Source of the DNA: an uncultured bacterium | Lineage (GTDB): Bacteria > Margulisbacteria > WOR-1 > CAVSGV01 | Direction: 5' to 3' | Assembly (NCBI GenBank): GCA_963768305.1 | Contig: CAVYHE010000003.1 | Coordinates: 276,253-340,252, forward strand | DNA: 64,000 nucleotides | Shown here: one piece after another, positions 22,503 to 31,214 of the stretch | Layout of the letters: the number at the start of each line of letters is the position of its first letter | How positions within the stretch are numbered: the stretch's first letter is position 1 | Position numbers and translations under genes: made by a program | The notes under the pieces: generated by a model | What the model saw: only the letters and a program-made list of their open reading frames with translations | Told to the model about the DNA's origin: nothing | The model's database searches: none

Positions 22503-22885
22503 TCAAGTTATCAAAAATCCCATATTATGCTTCCTGGTTGACCGCTCGATGGTCAACTTGCGTATATCTCGCACCAATTCGCTGATGTTCGCGTCGTGCT
22601 TGAAGACGCGCTTTTCGAGCTGTTCTATCTTATGAGCAAGCGCTTGATTGCCGGCTATCATCTGCCTCAGACGGATAAAAGCCCTCATTATCGCGACATT
22701 CACATACACGGCTCTTTTGCTACGAAGCACCCCTGACAACATGGCCACTCCCTGTTCAGTAAAGGCTAAAGGAAGATATCTGGAGCCGCCCCAACTTGAG
22801 GTGTAATTTTTGCACCTCAAGATCTCATTGAATTCTTCCTTGCTCAACTGGAACATAAAGTCGTCGGGAAATCGATCGATAGTTC
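22503..22885 (-). pseudogene. ORF6N-domain DNA-binding protein, 5' truncated
   Basis: RFPDDFMFQL..PLAFTEQGVAMLSGVLRSKRA..IMRAF; N-terminus missing, replaced by TATCCCCT repeats. Confidence 0.8.
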
Positions 22886-22895
22886 CTTTTTTTTC

Positions 22896-22933
22896 TATCC
22901 CCTTATCCCTATATTCCCTTATCCCCTACCCCC
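22896..22933. repeat. Short TATCCCCT-type tandem repeat
   Basis: About four imperfect 8-bp units. Confidence 0.6.
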
Positions 22934-22968
22934 TGCTTTATGCTACAATTCCTCCGAGGTGATGCTTT

Positions 22969-23193
22969 ATGAACAAGGCTCAAACGCTCGTCCTCTGGAT
23001 CGCAGGTCTTCTGATCACTGGGATCTTTTGCAACACAGGTCTTAATCTTCTCAGGCATGCGGCAGCGAACAAAGAACTGCTTGAAACGGGATATCCTTTC
23101 ACGGTTGTTATTGGGACGGCCTGGACCTTCATCGCGCCGATAATAATTGTAGGAGTATTACTGGCGGTTTCGTTGAAGGGGCATGAGAAATAA
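22969..23193 (+). CDS. Small two-TM hypothetical protein
   Basis: GAGGTG RBS, two hydrophobic segments. Confidence 0.6.
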   Translation: MNKAQTLVLWIAGLLITGIFCNTGLNLLRHAAANKELLETGYPFTVVIGTAWTFIAPIIIVGVLLAVSLKGHEK

Positions 23194-23236
23194 AGAGATC
23201 ACGATACAACTCAAAAATAAAAGGTGACATTTTCGT

Positions 23237-23869
23237 ATGAGTAATATAATTTCATTTTTCAGCTTATTCGTAGCCATTGCTTCATTTTTTAGGGATAAGA
23301 TTTTTGAGAACTTTAAGCCTGCATTAAAAATCGAAGCACAAAATAGATCTCCGGATTGCGTAAAAACCCCCTTTTATACTCCCGATAGAGTCGTGAAAAT
23401 TGATGGATATCAATTTCGCATAAGAATTATCAATGATAGTAAACAAGAAGCTACAAGAGTGAGGGTGACGGCAGAAAGGCTTGAGAAAATGGTTAATGGT
23501 AGTTTTGTTGCCGATAATAATTTTATCCCCTTATTTTTATTTTGGACCCATCATAGGACGACGGAAGTAAATATTTATAGTGAAACATATGCTTTTTGTG
23601 ACTTTGGTATCATATATCACCCGCAAGGCCGCTTCGAAATTTATGGGGACGATCCGACGCTACCTACAATATTGGAATTAGATACGACAGTAAAACCTTT
23701 CACAAAGAGCAATCTTATTCCACCAGGCAAATACTGGTTGACGATCAAAGTGTCGGGGTCAAATATTAAGCCTACAATCAAAAAGATTATTATTGATAAC
23801 AGTGGGAAATGGTTTGACGATGAACGGGAAATGTTAATTCAAGGTACAACAATTAAGGTTTTGGATTAG
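23237..23869 (+). CDS. Low-GC hypothetical protein with N-terminal TM
   Basis: 210-aa ORF, AAGGTG RBS. Confidence 0.65.
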   Translation: MSNIISFFSLFVAIASFFRDKIFENFKPALKIEAQNRSPDCVKTPFYTPDRVVKIDGYQFRIRIINDSKQEATRVRVTAERLEKMVNGSFVADNNFIPLFLFWTHHRTTEVNIYSETYAFCDFGIIYHPQGRFEIYGDDPTLPTILELDTTVKPFTKSNLIPPGKYWLTIKVSGSNIKPTIKKIIIDNSGKWFDDEREMLIQGTTIKVLD

Positions 23870-23912
23870 TATTGCTCGTTTATGTTTTTTGTCTCAACAC
23901 TCTATACATGCG

Positions 23913-24125
23913 TCATTTCAATCTTTCCCATATTTGTAAAACGAATCCTAATATAAGCAGAATGATTCCGGGCCAAAATACATACAAATTAATTATAGCA
24001 AAAGGGATGTTTATCGTATGCCACAAAAAATGACAGCCGGTTTCATAAGCCCCTGTGTTTTCAGAAACTGAAAAAGCAATAAATATACTTCCCAAAAAGT
24101 TTAAGATTAAACCTACTAAACCCAT
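23913..24125 (-). CDS. Small membrane hypothetical protein
   Basis: 70 aa, hydrophobic ends. Confidence 0.45.
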   Translation of the reverse strand: MGLVGLILNFLGSIFIAFSVSENTGAYETGCHFLWHTINIPFAIINLYVFWPGIILLILGFVLQIWERLK

Positions 24126-24200
24126 TTTATTGATTCGCTTTCTGCGCTCCCAAATAAATAGTATTCATATTTTGTGATTTCATTTATTGATGAAGTAAAA

Positions 24201-25125
24201 TGGGATTAAAGCCCCCTCCTCGAACTGTCAGCATCATTCTACAGAATACAATTCATGGGTGCAAGAAGCTGAATCTGGGCCGTTCAGGATGATCATCAGA
24301 TACTGTGAACTAACCTGGGAACTTCACAGTATCCCTTTATGCTCGACTGGAGCACACAGGCACGCACGCACGGGCGCAGGAGGCGCGGCCAGGCGCAAAC
24401 CAGATTAGATATTTTATTAATTAACACAAGACAGATACATTCAAACAGTTGATAGACAGATGTTGCTCTTTAGCGTGAGAGAATAGACAGAGGATCAATG
24501 ACGTTGGATACGAACACAAATGAGAGACAGAAGAACCTAACCCAATGAGTTGAAGACACGCTGGGAGCTTGAAGTTATTGCCGCTCAACTCCACCAAAGG
24601 AGCTTCTGGGATCCCCGAAAAGAAGACGCTACATTGCTGGCCTGCACGAATAACCATTCGGCTTGTGGCTCTTGCTGAATATGTTGATGACAGCTGCCGG
24701 CGCATAGAAAAAGAGCGACGGGTATTCGCAATCGTCATAGATAACCAAGCTGGTCGGACTGCTCTAACTGGTCGTTTCCAGAGAGGAATTAAGGCTTTGC
24801 TTGAACCTCCTCAAGTGATCGTTCGTTGTGTTCCTGTGTTGCCTTCTCCGTGGTCCCGCCAAAGGAGAATGACCTCTCCTTCGCTCTTCGAGCTACGAAG
24901 GGCTGGCAATTAAGGTGTGCTACGCACATTTGAAAGGGAAAGACCATAATTCCTGCTCCGCCTTCGGCGGTATTTAACTTCGTGTCTTGCCGCCCGCCAA
25001 TCCTTCGACAAGCTCAGGACAAGTGCCCGCCAAAAAAGAACCAAAGCTCCTGCTCCGACTTCGTCGGTATTTGACTTCGTGTTGTGCCGCCGCCCGCCAA
25101 ACCTCTCCCAAAATGATGGTGGGGG
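24201..25125 (+). repeat. attL plus ~925-bp P' arm (inverted copy at 40797-41715)
   Basis: Manual alignment: near-identical outer ~280 bp, more diverged centre. Confidence 0.95.
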
Positions 25126-25193
25126 AAAAACCTGGCACGTCATACTCAAAAAAAGTGGTGAAAAATGATACTAATTTAAGGCCGAAAAACCAC

Positions 25194-25254
25194 CGGTTAT
25201 TTCACAGTATCCTATCGGGTATTTCACAGTATCGAGCGGTTAGTTCACAGTAAG
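25194..25254 (+). promoter_or_regulatory. Three iteron-like direct repeats CGG(T/G)TA(T/G)TTCACAGTA
   Basis: TTCACAGTA at 25201, 25223, 25244 (22/21-bp spacing). Confidence 0.75.
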
Positions 25255-25291
25255 TTGACTTTGTTGGCCACCCAAGACCATAATTCCCCCC

Positions 25292-26764
25292 ATGGCTGAA
25301 GAGCTGGAATACTTAACTCTTAATGAGATAAAAGCTTTTCTTAACTCCATCGACGATATCCGCGACCGGGCGCTGATAACCCTATTTCTTAACACCGGCC
25401 TATTCCTGAACGAAATAACCTCGCTGAAAATTGATTCCGTCGACTGGAAGAATAAAATTCTGAATGTCCCCGGAAACCGTAAAAGGGCCATTCCTCTCAA
25501 CGACCAGGTTTTTGATGCGCTTGCCAAATGGTCGAAGGAGCGTCCCTCGGGCAATATCTCCGAGCTTTTTGTCACAACAAAAGGCGCGCTGAAAGATCTG
25601 ACCAGCCGCGGCGTAGATTATCTGATTAGAAAATACGCCGATCAAGCAGGCATCAAAAAAACGGGTCAATCCGCAGATACTTCGCAATACATTCGCAGTC
25701 CGGCTTTTCTCCGAAGAACCCTCCGTGGAAAAAGCTTCCGCCATTTTGGGCATATCCGATCTGGAATCGGTAAATCGCTATATAAGGGCCTCTAAATTGC
25801 CGCCGGCCAGGGTAGAGATAACTGAAAATCTTGAGCATATCGATACTCGCCATCCCCTTGTCAAAGCCGTTTCCAAAATGTTCCCGACAAAACCCAAAGC
25901 CGTTAAGCCGACGACCGAAATAAAAGGCCCAATAACTCCCAGCCCCGAAGAAGTGATCTTCGGAAGGGATAACATAATCGCCGACATAAAAGCCGATATC
26001 GCCAAAGGCCAGTCTGTTTTATTGACGGGTCCTCTGGGAATAGGCAAAACGCATTTATTGAAGCACATGTTAAAAGTGCTTGGTCCTAATACAATATATA
26101 TATCATCCCCAACCCCGCTTAAAACCGCCCTGATGCAAATACTCGTAAAACTTGATCCTGAATGGAATAAGACGCTGAATACAAGAGCTTCAACGAAAGA
26201 TATAACCGACTATATTGTGAAAGATAAAAGGGGAAAAGCCTCCCGTCCTGCTTATCGACAATTTAAATAATATCAAGATTTCTGATATTGATCCTGTTTT
26301 AAGCTTTTTGAATAACTTCCCCGTACTTGCCGCGGCTGATGAAACAAAGCCCAAGCTGAAGCAGATATGGTGGCAGCTCAAACAGGTCGCGCTTCCGCCG
26401 TTAAATGAAGATGCCTCAAAGGAACTTATCAAATATCTTACGCAGAACCTTACTATCAGCGATTATGAAATGCTTGAAACAAGGATATCTGACCCTTTCA
26501 AGCGGCCTTCCCATCGCGATCGTAGATATGGTCCGTCAAATAAGTCATATCCGGAAGATTTCAGTTGATGTTATTCGTGATGTTTATCACGAAGCCGGGA
26601 TTCAATATCGCGACTGGACGATGGTAATAATCTTCATTTACTGGATAGCCGTCATTTTCAGGTTCCTTGCGCTCGGCACGAAAAGCTATGAGGCGTATTT
26701 CCTTGCAGGTTTCGGCGTAACTTTATTGATGATATTAAAAAATGTTATGTCAATGTTGAGGTAA
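25292..26764 (+). CDS. Degenerate tyrosine-recombinase catalytic domain + P-loop ATPase + C-terminal TM fusion (~490 aa, 3 frameshifts)
   Basis: RDRALITLFLNTGLFLNEI, NPQILRNTFA, LGISDLESVNRY; Walker A GPLGIGKT; Walker B-like VLLIDN; two TM at the end; frames join at ~25655, ~26230, ~26487. Confidence 0.72.
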
Positions 26765-26815
26765 AGGAGGGAGTTAAAAGAATTTAAGGGCTCAAATAAT
26801 AAGAGGTGATAATAA

Positions 26816-27271
26816 ATGACAAGAAGAGAATTTATTGAAAAATGTTTTGGCAACAAACTTCAGGCAATCCCTTACAGTGAAGGCGACCATTTTAATGCTT
26901 TAGAGGAGGTCGAATCGCTACTTACTAAGCAAGGGCTTATTAATTTAGATGAGAATGATATTGAGCAAATAACCAGTACAAGCGACAAGTTAGTGGCGAT
27001 TTCTGCTGAGGCCCACGGAAAACATCGGTCGCACAGACTTGGTCACAAAATCCTTTCAAACATACCTGATTTCTTTTGGGATAAGAAACCCACAAATGCA
27101 TTATTTAATATCACGGGAAGTCCCGATATAACACTAAATGAGGTTAATGATGTTGCTGAACACATTTACGATTCAGTGAATCCCCACGCGAATATCATTT
27201 TTGGCGCGATTATCGATGAAAATAAAACCGATTACTTAAAAGCCACCGTGATATTCGGCGGCAAAAAATAG
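26816..27271 (+). CDS. Stand-alone FtsZ C-terminal domain protein
   Basis: GLINLDEND (T7-loop-like), LFNITGSPDITLNEV, ANIIFGAIIDE, ATVIFGG; no GGGTG GTPase motif. Confidence 0.8.
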   Translation: MTRREFIEKCFGNKLQAIPYSEGDHFNALEEVESLLTKQGLINLDENDIEQITSTSDKLVAISAEAHGKHRSHRLGHKILSNIPDFFWDKKPTNALFNITGSPDITLNEVNDVAEHIYDSVNPHANIIFGAIIDENKTDYLKATVIFGGKK

Positions 27272-27288
27272 AAATGTGAGGTTAAAAT

Positions 27289-27855
27289 ATGGAACCAATT
27301 TTTACTTTATCCTTTCCGGAATATAAGGTTGTTCTGAAGTTATTGGGGCTCTATAAGCCAAAATATGGCTATTCAATATTATTGCCGTTGAGCAGGCAGC
27401 AAAAAGGCTTCGATCTGCTAATTTACAATTTAAATAAACATAGATCTGCTTCAATCCAGGTAAAAGGCTCTCGCTCATATGACGGACATAAAAACGATCC
27501 GCATGATTATAATCTTTGGTTTAAGAGGTTTAAATATAAAGAGGGTATGGCCGATTTTTATATTCTGTTTAGTGTATATCCCCAATTGGCTTCTAATATA
27601 AAGCGTCTCGATCATTCAAGAAATACATCGCGTTACAGCTATTTATTCATGCTATTAAAAGATGTTGAGATGGAGAAGCTCTTGGTTAACCTTAAAACTA
27701 AAAAAGGGAAAAGGGATAACTCTTTTCAGTTCGGTTTTGACTCTTCTGGCAGAAATATATTTCTGACCAGAGGTATTGGTAGGCAGAAAGAGAAGCCCTA
27801 TAATAAATATCTGCTGGAGAACAGGGTCGATTTGATAAAGAAATTTCTGAAATAG
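27289..27855 (+). CDS. PD-(D/E)xK nuclease-fold protein
   Basis: QKGFDLL..SIQVKGSR. Confidence 0.65.
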   Translation: MEPIFTLSFPEYKVVLKLLGLYKPKYGYSILLPLSRQQKGFDLLIYNLNKHRSASIQVKGSRSYDGHKNDPHDYNLWFKRFKYKEGMADFYILFSVYPQLASNIKRLDHSRNTSRYSYLFMLLKDVEMEKLLVNLKTKKGKRDNSFQFGFDSSGRNIFLTRGIGRQKEKPYNKYLLENRVDLIKKFLK

Positions 27856-27862
27856 GTAAATT

Positions 27863-29199
27863 ATGCTCGCACCCACCCATAGCGTATTCGGCATCTTTTT
27901 AACGCTGATATTCCTGGCGGTGTTCGGGATTCAGTGGAGCCTGCATTGGACGATAATTCTTGTTGCCATTTTTGGCTCGATCGTTCCCGACATTGACCAT
28001 CCCCGTTCCGTCATAGGCAAGCTCTTCCCCTATATCTCCATCCCCTTAGAGCGCAGATACGGCCATAGAACGATAACCCATTCCTTCATCGGCTGGATAA
28101 TTTCAACTGTCATTTTTGCTTTTCTTGTCTTGCTTGTAGTTTTGATATTTAAATTTGTTTCGATTCTCGGACTTCCGTTTCGGGTTTTATCTTGGGCGGA
28201 GTCGAGGGCTTGGCTCCCCGCTGGATAGCCGCATTTTCAATATCTTATTTTTCCCACCTGCTTTTGGACATGTTCAACAAGCGCGGCAGCCAGATGTTCT
28301 GGCCTAACCTCAGTCGTGATGTTATCCCGAAAAATCCAAAATACCGCCCTGAATCGGGCTCAAGCGTTGAGCCTTTTATCTTCATTATTCTTTTCATATT
28401 GATGCTTTTTGCTTTCCCGATCTCCAAATACGGGATAGCAAGTTCGCTTCGCTGGCTTATGGCTACTCCCGGCTCCGCCATGCAAGAATTCCAGTCCCTC
28501 AAGACCCATTCCTATGTTGATTTCAACGGCTATTACACGGAAACAAAAGAGCCGCTTGAAGGGACCGCAGAAATACTTGATGTAGACAAAGGACGGCTGG
28601 TAGTACTTTATAAGACCAAGATTTACACGTTAAGTGACGCTCTAGCCGCCGATATAACCGCCTCCCATGTCCGGCTGAAAAGGACGGATATTCCAATTAA
28701 TATCACGCAGAAGATATTTAAGGATGAAAACCGCGATGAGTTGCTTGCTCAAATTCCTGCAGGCGCGCTTGTTTCGGGAACAGTTAAGCTCCCGGAAGGA
28801 ATGGAGCTTCAATTCCCCGCCTTCCCCGGCTCTTATAAGCCAATGGATCAGAAAAGCGGGAACCTGATCCTTTTATTCGCCTCAAAAGACCAAATTGAGA
28901 AGCTTGCCCTCACGGAAACCTTCGATCTGCTAAAAAGAAAGGACCAGGCCGACCTCGCCCAGCTGTACGCGCAGGCGGATAAGCTCAAAAGCCAGATATC
29001 GGAAGCGGAAACTGGCGGCGGACTAACTCCTTTGGGCCAGGAGCTTATGATGAACAAGGATGACATCCAAAAGCAAAAAGCCCAGCTTGCCGATTTGAAA
29101 GGCCAGCTTGATGAAATAAATGTTAAAATTGAAGAGCTTCAATTGAAGATAAAGGCCAGAAAGTTCGTTTTTTCAGGAGAGGTTTATTTAAGGCAATAA
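27863..29199 (+). CDS. YdjM-like metal-dependent membrane hydrolase with soluble coiled-coil extension (frameshift ~28190)
   Basis: THS, PDIDH, GHRTITHS, SHLLLD motifs. Confidence 0.75.
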
Positions 29200-29210
29200 G
29201 GAGGCCTGAT

Positions 29211-29742
29211 ATGAGAAAATTAGTCGTTTATCTTGTAATAATGAGTTTATTGTCCCCGCTTATCGGCTCTATTGCTTATGCTTTTGAGTATACCCTCGCC
29301 CCAAATGATACTCTTGAAGATCAAATTAATGCCAAAAGGACATGGATACAAAGCAAACTATCGCTCCGGATGGCACAATTTCGCTTCCCTTCCTCGGAAG
29401 GGTCCAGCCTCAGGGCAAAACGCTCAGTGAATTTCAAACCTATTTAACAACCGAACTTGCCAAATATGTGAACAAGCCTCAGCTTGTCGTTTATCTTAAC
29501 GCCAAGATCGATATATGTCGTTCAGCATAATCTCAAGACGAATCTTTCAGAGGTAAGGAAGCTAAATCCATTGACAGAAGCTAAAGCATTATGCTGGCGA
29601 GGATTACACAAAAGAGATCAAATATGGCGATGTTATAACCGTCGATGTCGGCATTCAGCCTGATTGGTGGGAAACTAACTGGTACAAGGTCATATCCGCA
29701 ACGGCTGTGCTCGTAGGAATAGATGCGGCATTAAAGAAATAG
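29211..29742 (+). CDS. Polysaccharide-export (Wza-like Poly_export) domain protein (frameshifted)
   Basis: Signal peptide, YTLAPNDTL, IAPDGTISLPFLGRV, KYVNKPQLVV, C-terminal amphipathic helix. Confidence 0.7.
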
Positions 29743-29756
29743 GAGGGAGGTGACAA

Positions 29757-30524
29757 ATGAGCCCTAAACAAAGACCTGTAAACTTCGGCTGGATTCCTGA
29801 TATCCCCGACCATCGCGATCATTTGTATGCCGCGCCTCTTGAATGGATCGCAAAACTTCCCGCAAAGGTAGACCTCCGTCTCCAATGCCCTGATGTATAC
29901 GATCAAGGCCAGTTAGGAAGCTGCACGGCGAACGCAATTGCCGGGGCAATGGAATTTGAGCAGATAAAGCAGAAAGAAAAATATTTCATGCCCTCTCGCC
30001 TGTTCATTTACTATAACGAGCGAGCGATGGAACATACCGTCGAGTCCGACAGCGGCGCGCAGATCCGCGATGGGATCAAAAGCGTCGGAAAGCAGGGTGA
30101 TTGTCCCGAAAAGCTATGGCCGTATGATATAGCGAAATTCTCCCAGAAGCCGCCGGCGCCGTGCTACAAGAACGCCGTCAAGCACAAGGCGGTCTTATAC
30201 CAGCGCGTAAGCCGTATTGCGAACCAGATGAAGGGATGTCTTGCGTCGGGATATCCGTTCGTGTTCGGATTTTCCGTATATGATAGCTTTATGAGCCCGG
30301 ATGTAGCCAAGACCGGGCATGCCAAGATGCCGGAGCCGAAGGATAAACTGGAAGGCGGTCATGCGGTAATGGCGGTCGGATATGATGATGAGAATCAATG
30401 GTTTATTGTCAGGAATTCGTGGGGAACGGGATGGGGAATGAAAGGATATTTTACCCTGCCTTATGCATATCTGGCAGAAGAAAATCTTTCGGATGATTTT
30501 TGGACAATACGAATAGTGGAATAG
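29757..30524 (+). CDS. C1 (papain-family) cysteine peptidase
   Basis: QGQLGSCTANA, GGHAV, RNSWG catalytic motifs. Confidence 0.92.
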   Translation: MSPKQRPVNFGWIPDIPDHRDHLYAAPLEWIAKLPAKVDLRLQCPDVYDQGQLGSCTANAIAGAMEFEQIKQKEKYFMPSRLFIYYNERAMEHTVESDSGAQIRDGIKSVGKQGDCPEKLWPYDIAKFSQKPPAPCYKNAVKHKAVLYQRVSRIANQMKGCLASGYPFVFGFSVYDSFMSPDVAKTGHAKMPEPKDKLEGGHAVMAVGYDDENQWFIVRNSWGTGWGMKGYFTLPYAYLAEENLSDDFWTIRIVE

Positions 30525-30638
30525 AGGGTTTGGGTAAGGGGGCTCAAAAGATCGTTCTTCCGGTAGTTCCTCGAACTTAATTGAAAGATTGATAAGAAGT
30601 ATATTAAGGTATATTATCGATAGAATAAATATTTTGTT

Positions 30639-31211
30639 ATGAGAAAGGCCAAAAGAATAAAAACCAATACCACAAGCTCAACCATACGAGAGAAGCTTCA
30701 AAGTCTTTCAGAAGACGATCTTAGGGTGTCCATAATCATTCCATTACTATATGCACTAGGATGCACCGAAGTAAGAGATAATTGTGGCCCTGATGAGAAA
30801 GGTAAAGATATTATTTATAGTACTCCTCACTTATTGGGAGCTAATATATATGGTGCGGTAATATTAAAAAATGATCGCAACCTCGGATTAGGTAAGATGG
30901 ACAATTTGCGTTCACAAGCTCTTCGTGCCTTGAATGCATTCGGAAATCCCAGAGATCCTCGTATTGAAACGAAAGTGCATGAATTAATTTTTGTTACCTC
31001 ATTTGACATTACAAGTGACGTTAGAGATTTCTTAGTGAAGAATTGTGGCAGTAATTTTCCAAATATGCATTTTGTTGACGGCGTCAGACTTGAGCTTTTA
31101 ATAAGAAAAATAATTGATTTGTTCAAGAAACTCACTGGCAGAACATATGTCTTCGATATTACCTCCTTTGCGGGAATGTGCGATAAAGTTAGGGAATGTA
31201 ATTCGGAATAA
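30639..31211 (+). CDS. Mrr-like restriction endonuclease-fold protein
   Basis: IIPLLYALG, GPDEKGKDII, FVDGVRL. Confidence 0.6.
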   Translation: MRKAKRIKTNTTSSTIREKLQSLSEDDLRVSIIIPLLYALGCTEVRDNCGPDEKGKDIIYSTPHLLGANIYGAVILKNDRNLGLGKMDNLRSQALRALNAFGNPRDPRIETKVHELIFVTSFDITSDVRDFLVKNCGSNFPNMHFVDGVRLELLIRKIIDLFKKLTGRTYVFDITSFAGMCDKVRECNSE

Positions 31212-31214
31212 AAT

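Noticed and set aside
22781..22788. TGGAGCCG match to the tRNA 3' end as an alternative attL
   Set aside because: Only 8 bp and inside the ORF6N coding motif WGGSRY; likely chance
24533..24546. CTAACCC telomerase-template-like motif; retron or DGR idea
   Set aside because: Single 7-mer; no reverse transcriptase in the window; the repeat differences are not adenine-specific
24421..25253. ORFs called in the long repeat (105, 114, 79, 88 aa)
   Set aside because: Reading frames are not preserved in the second copy (indels, stops)
25194..25254. CRISPR array
   Set aside because: Repeats are nearly contiguous without spacers; no cas genes
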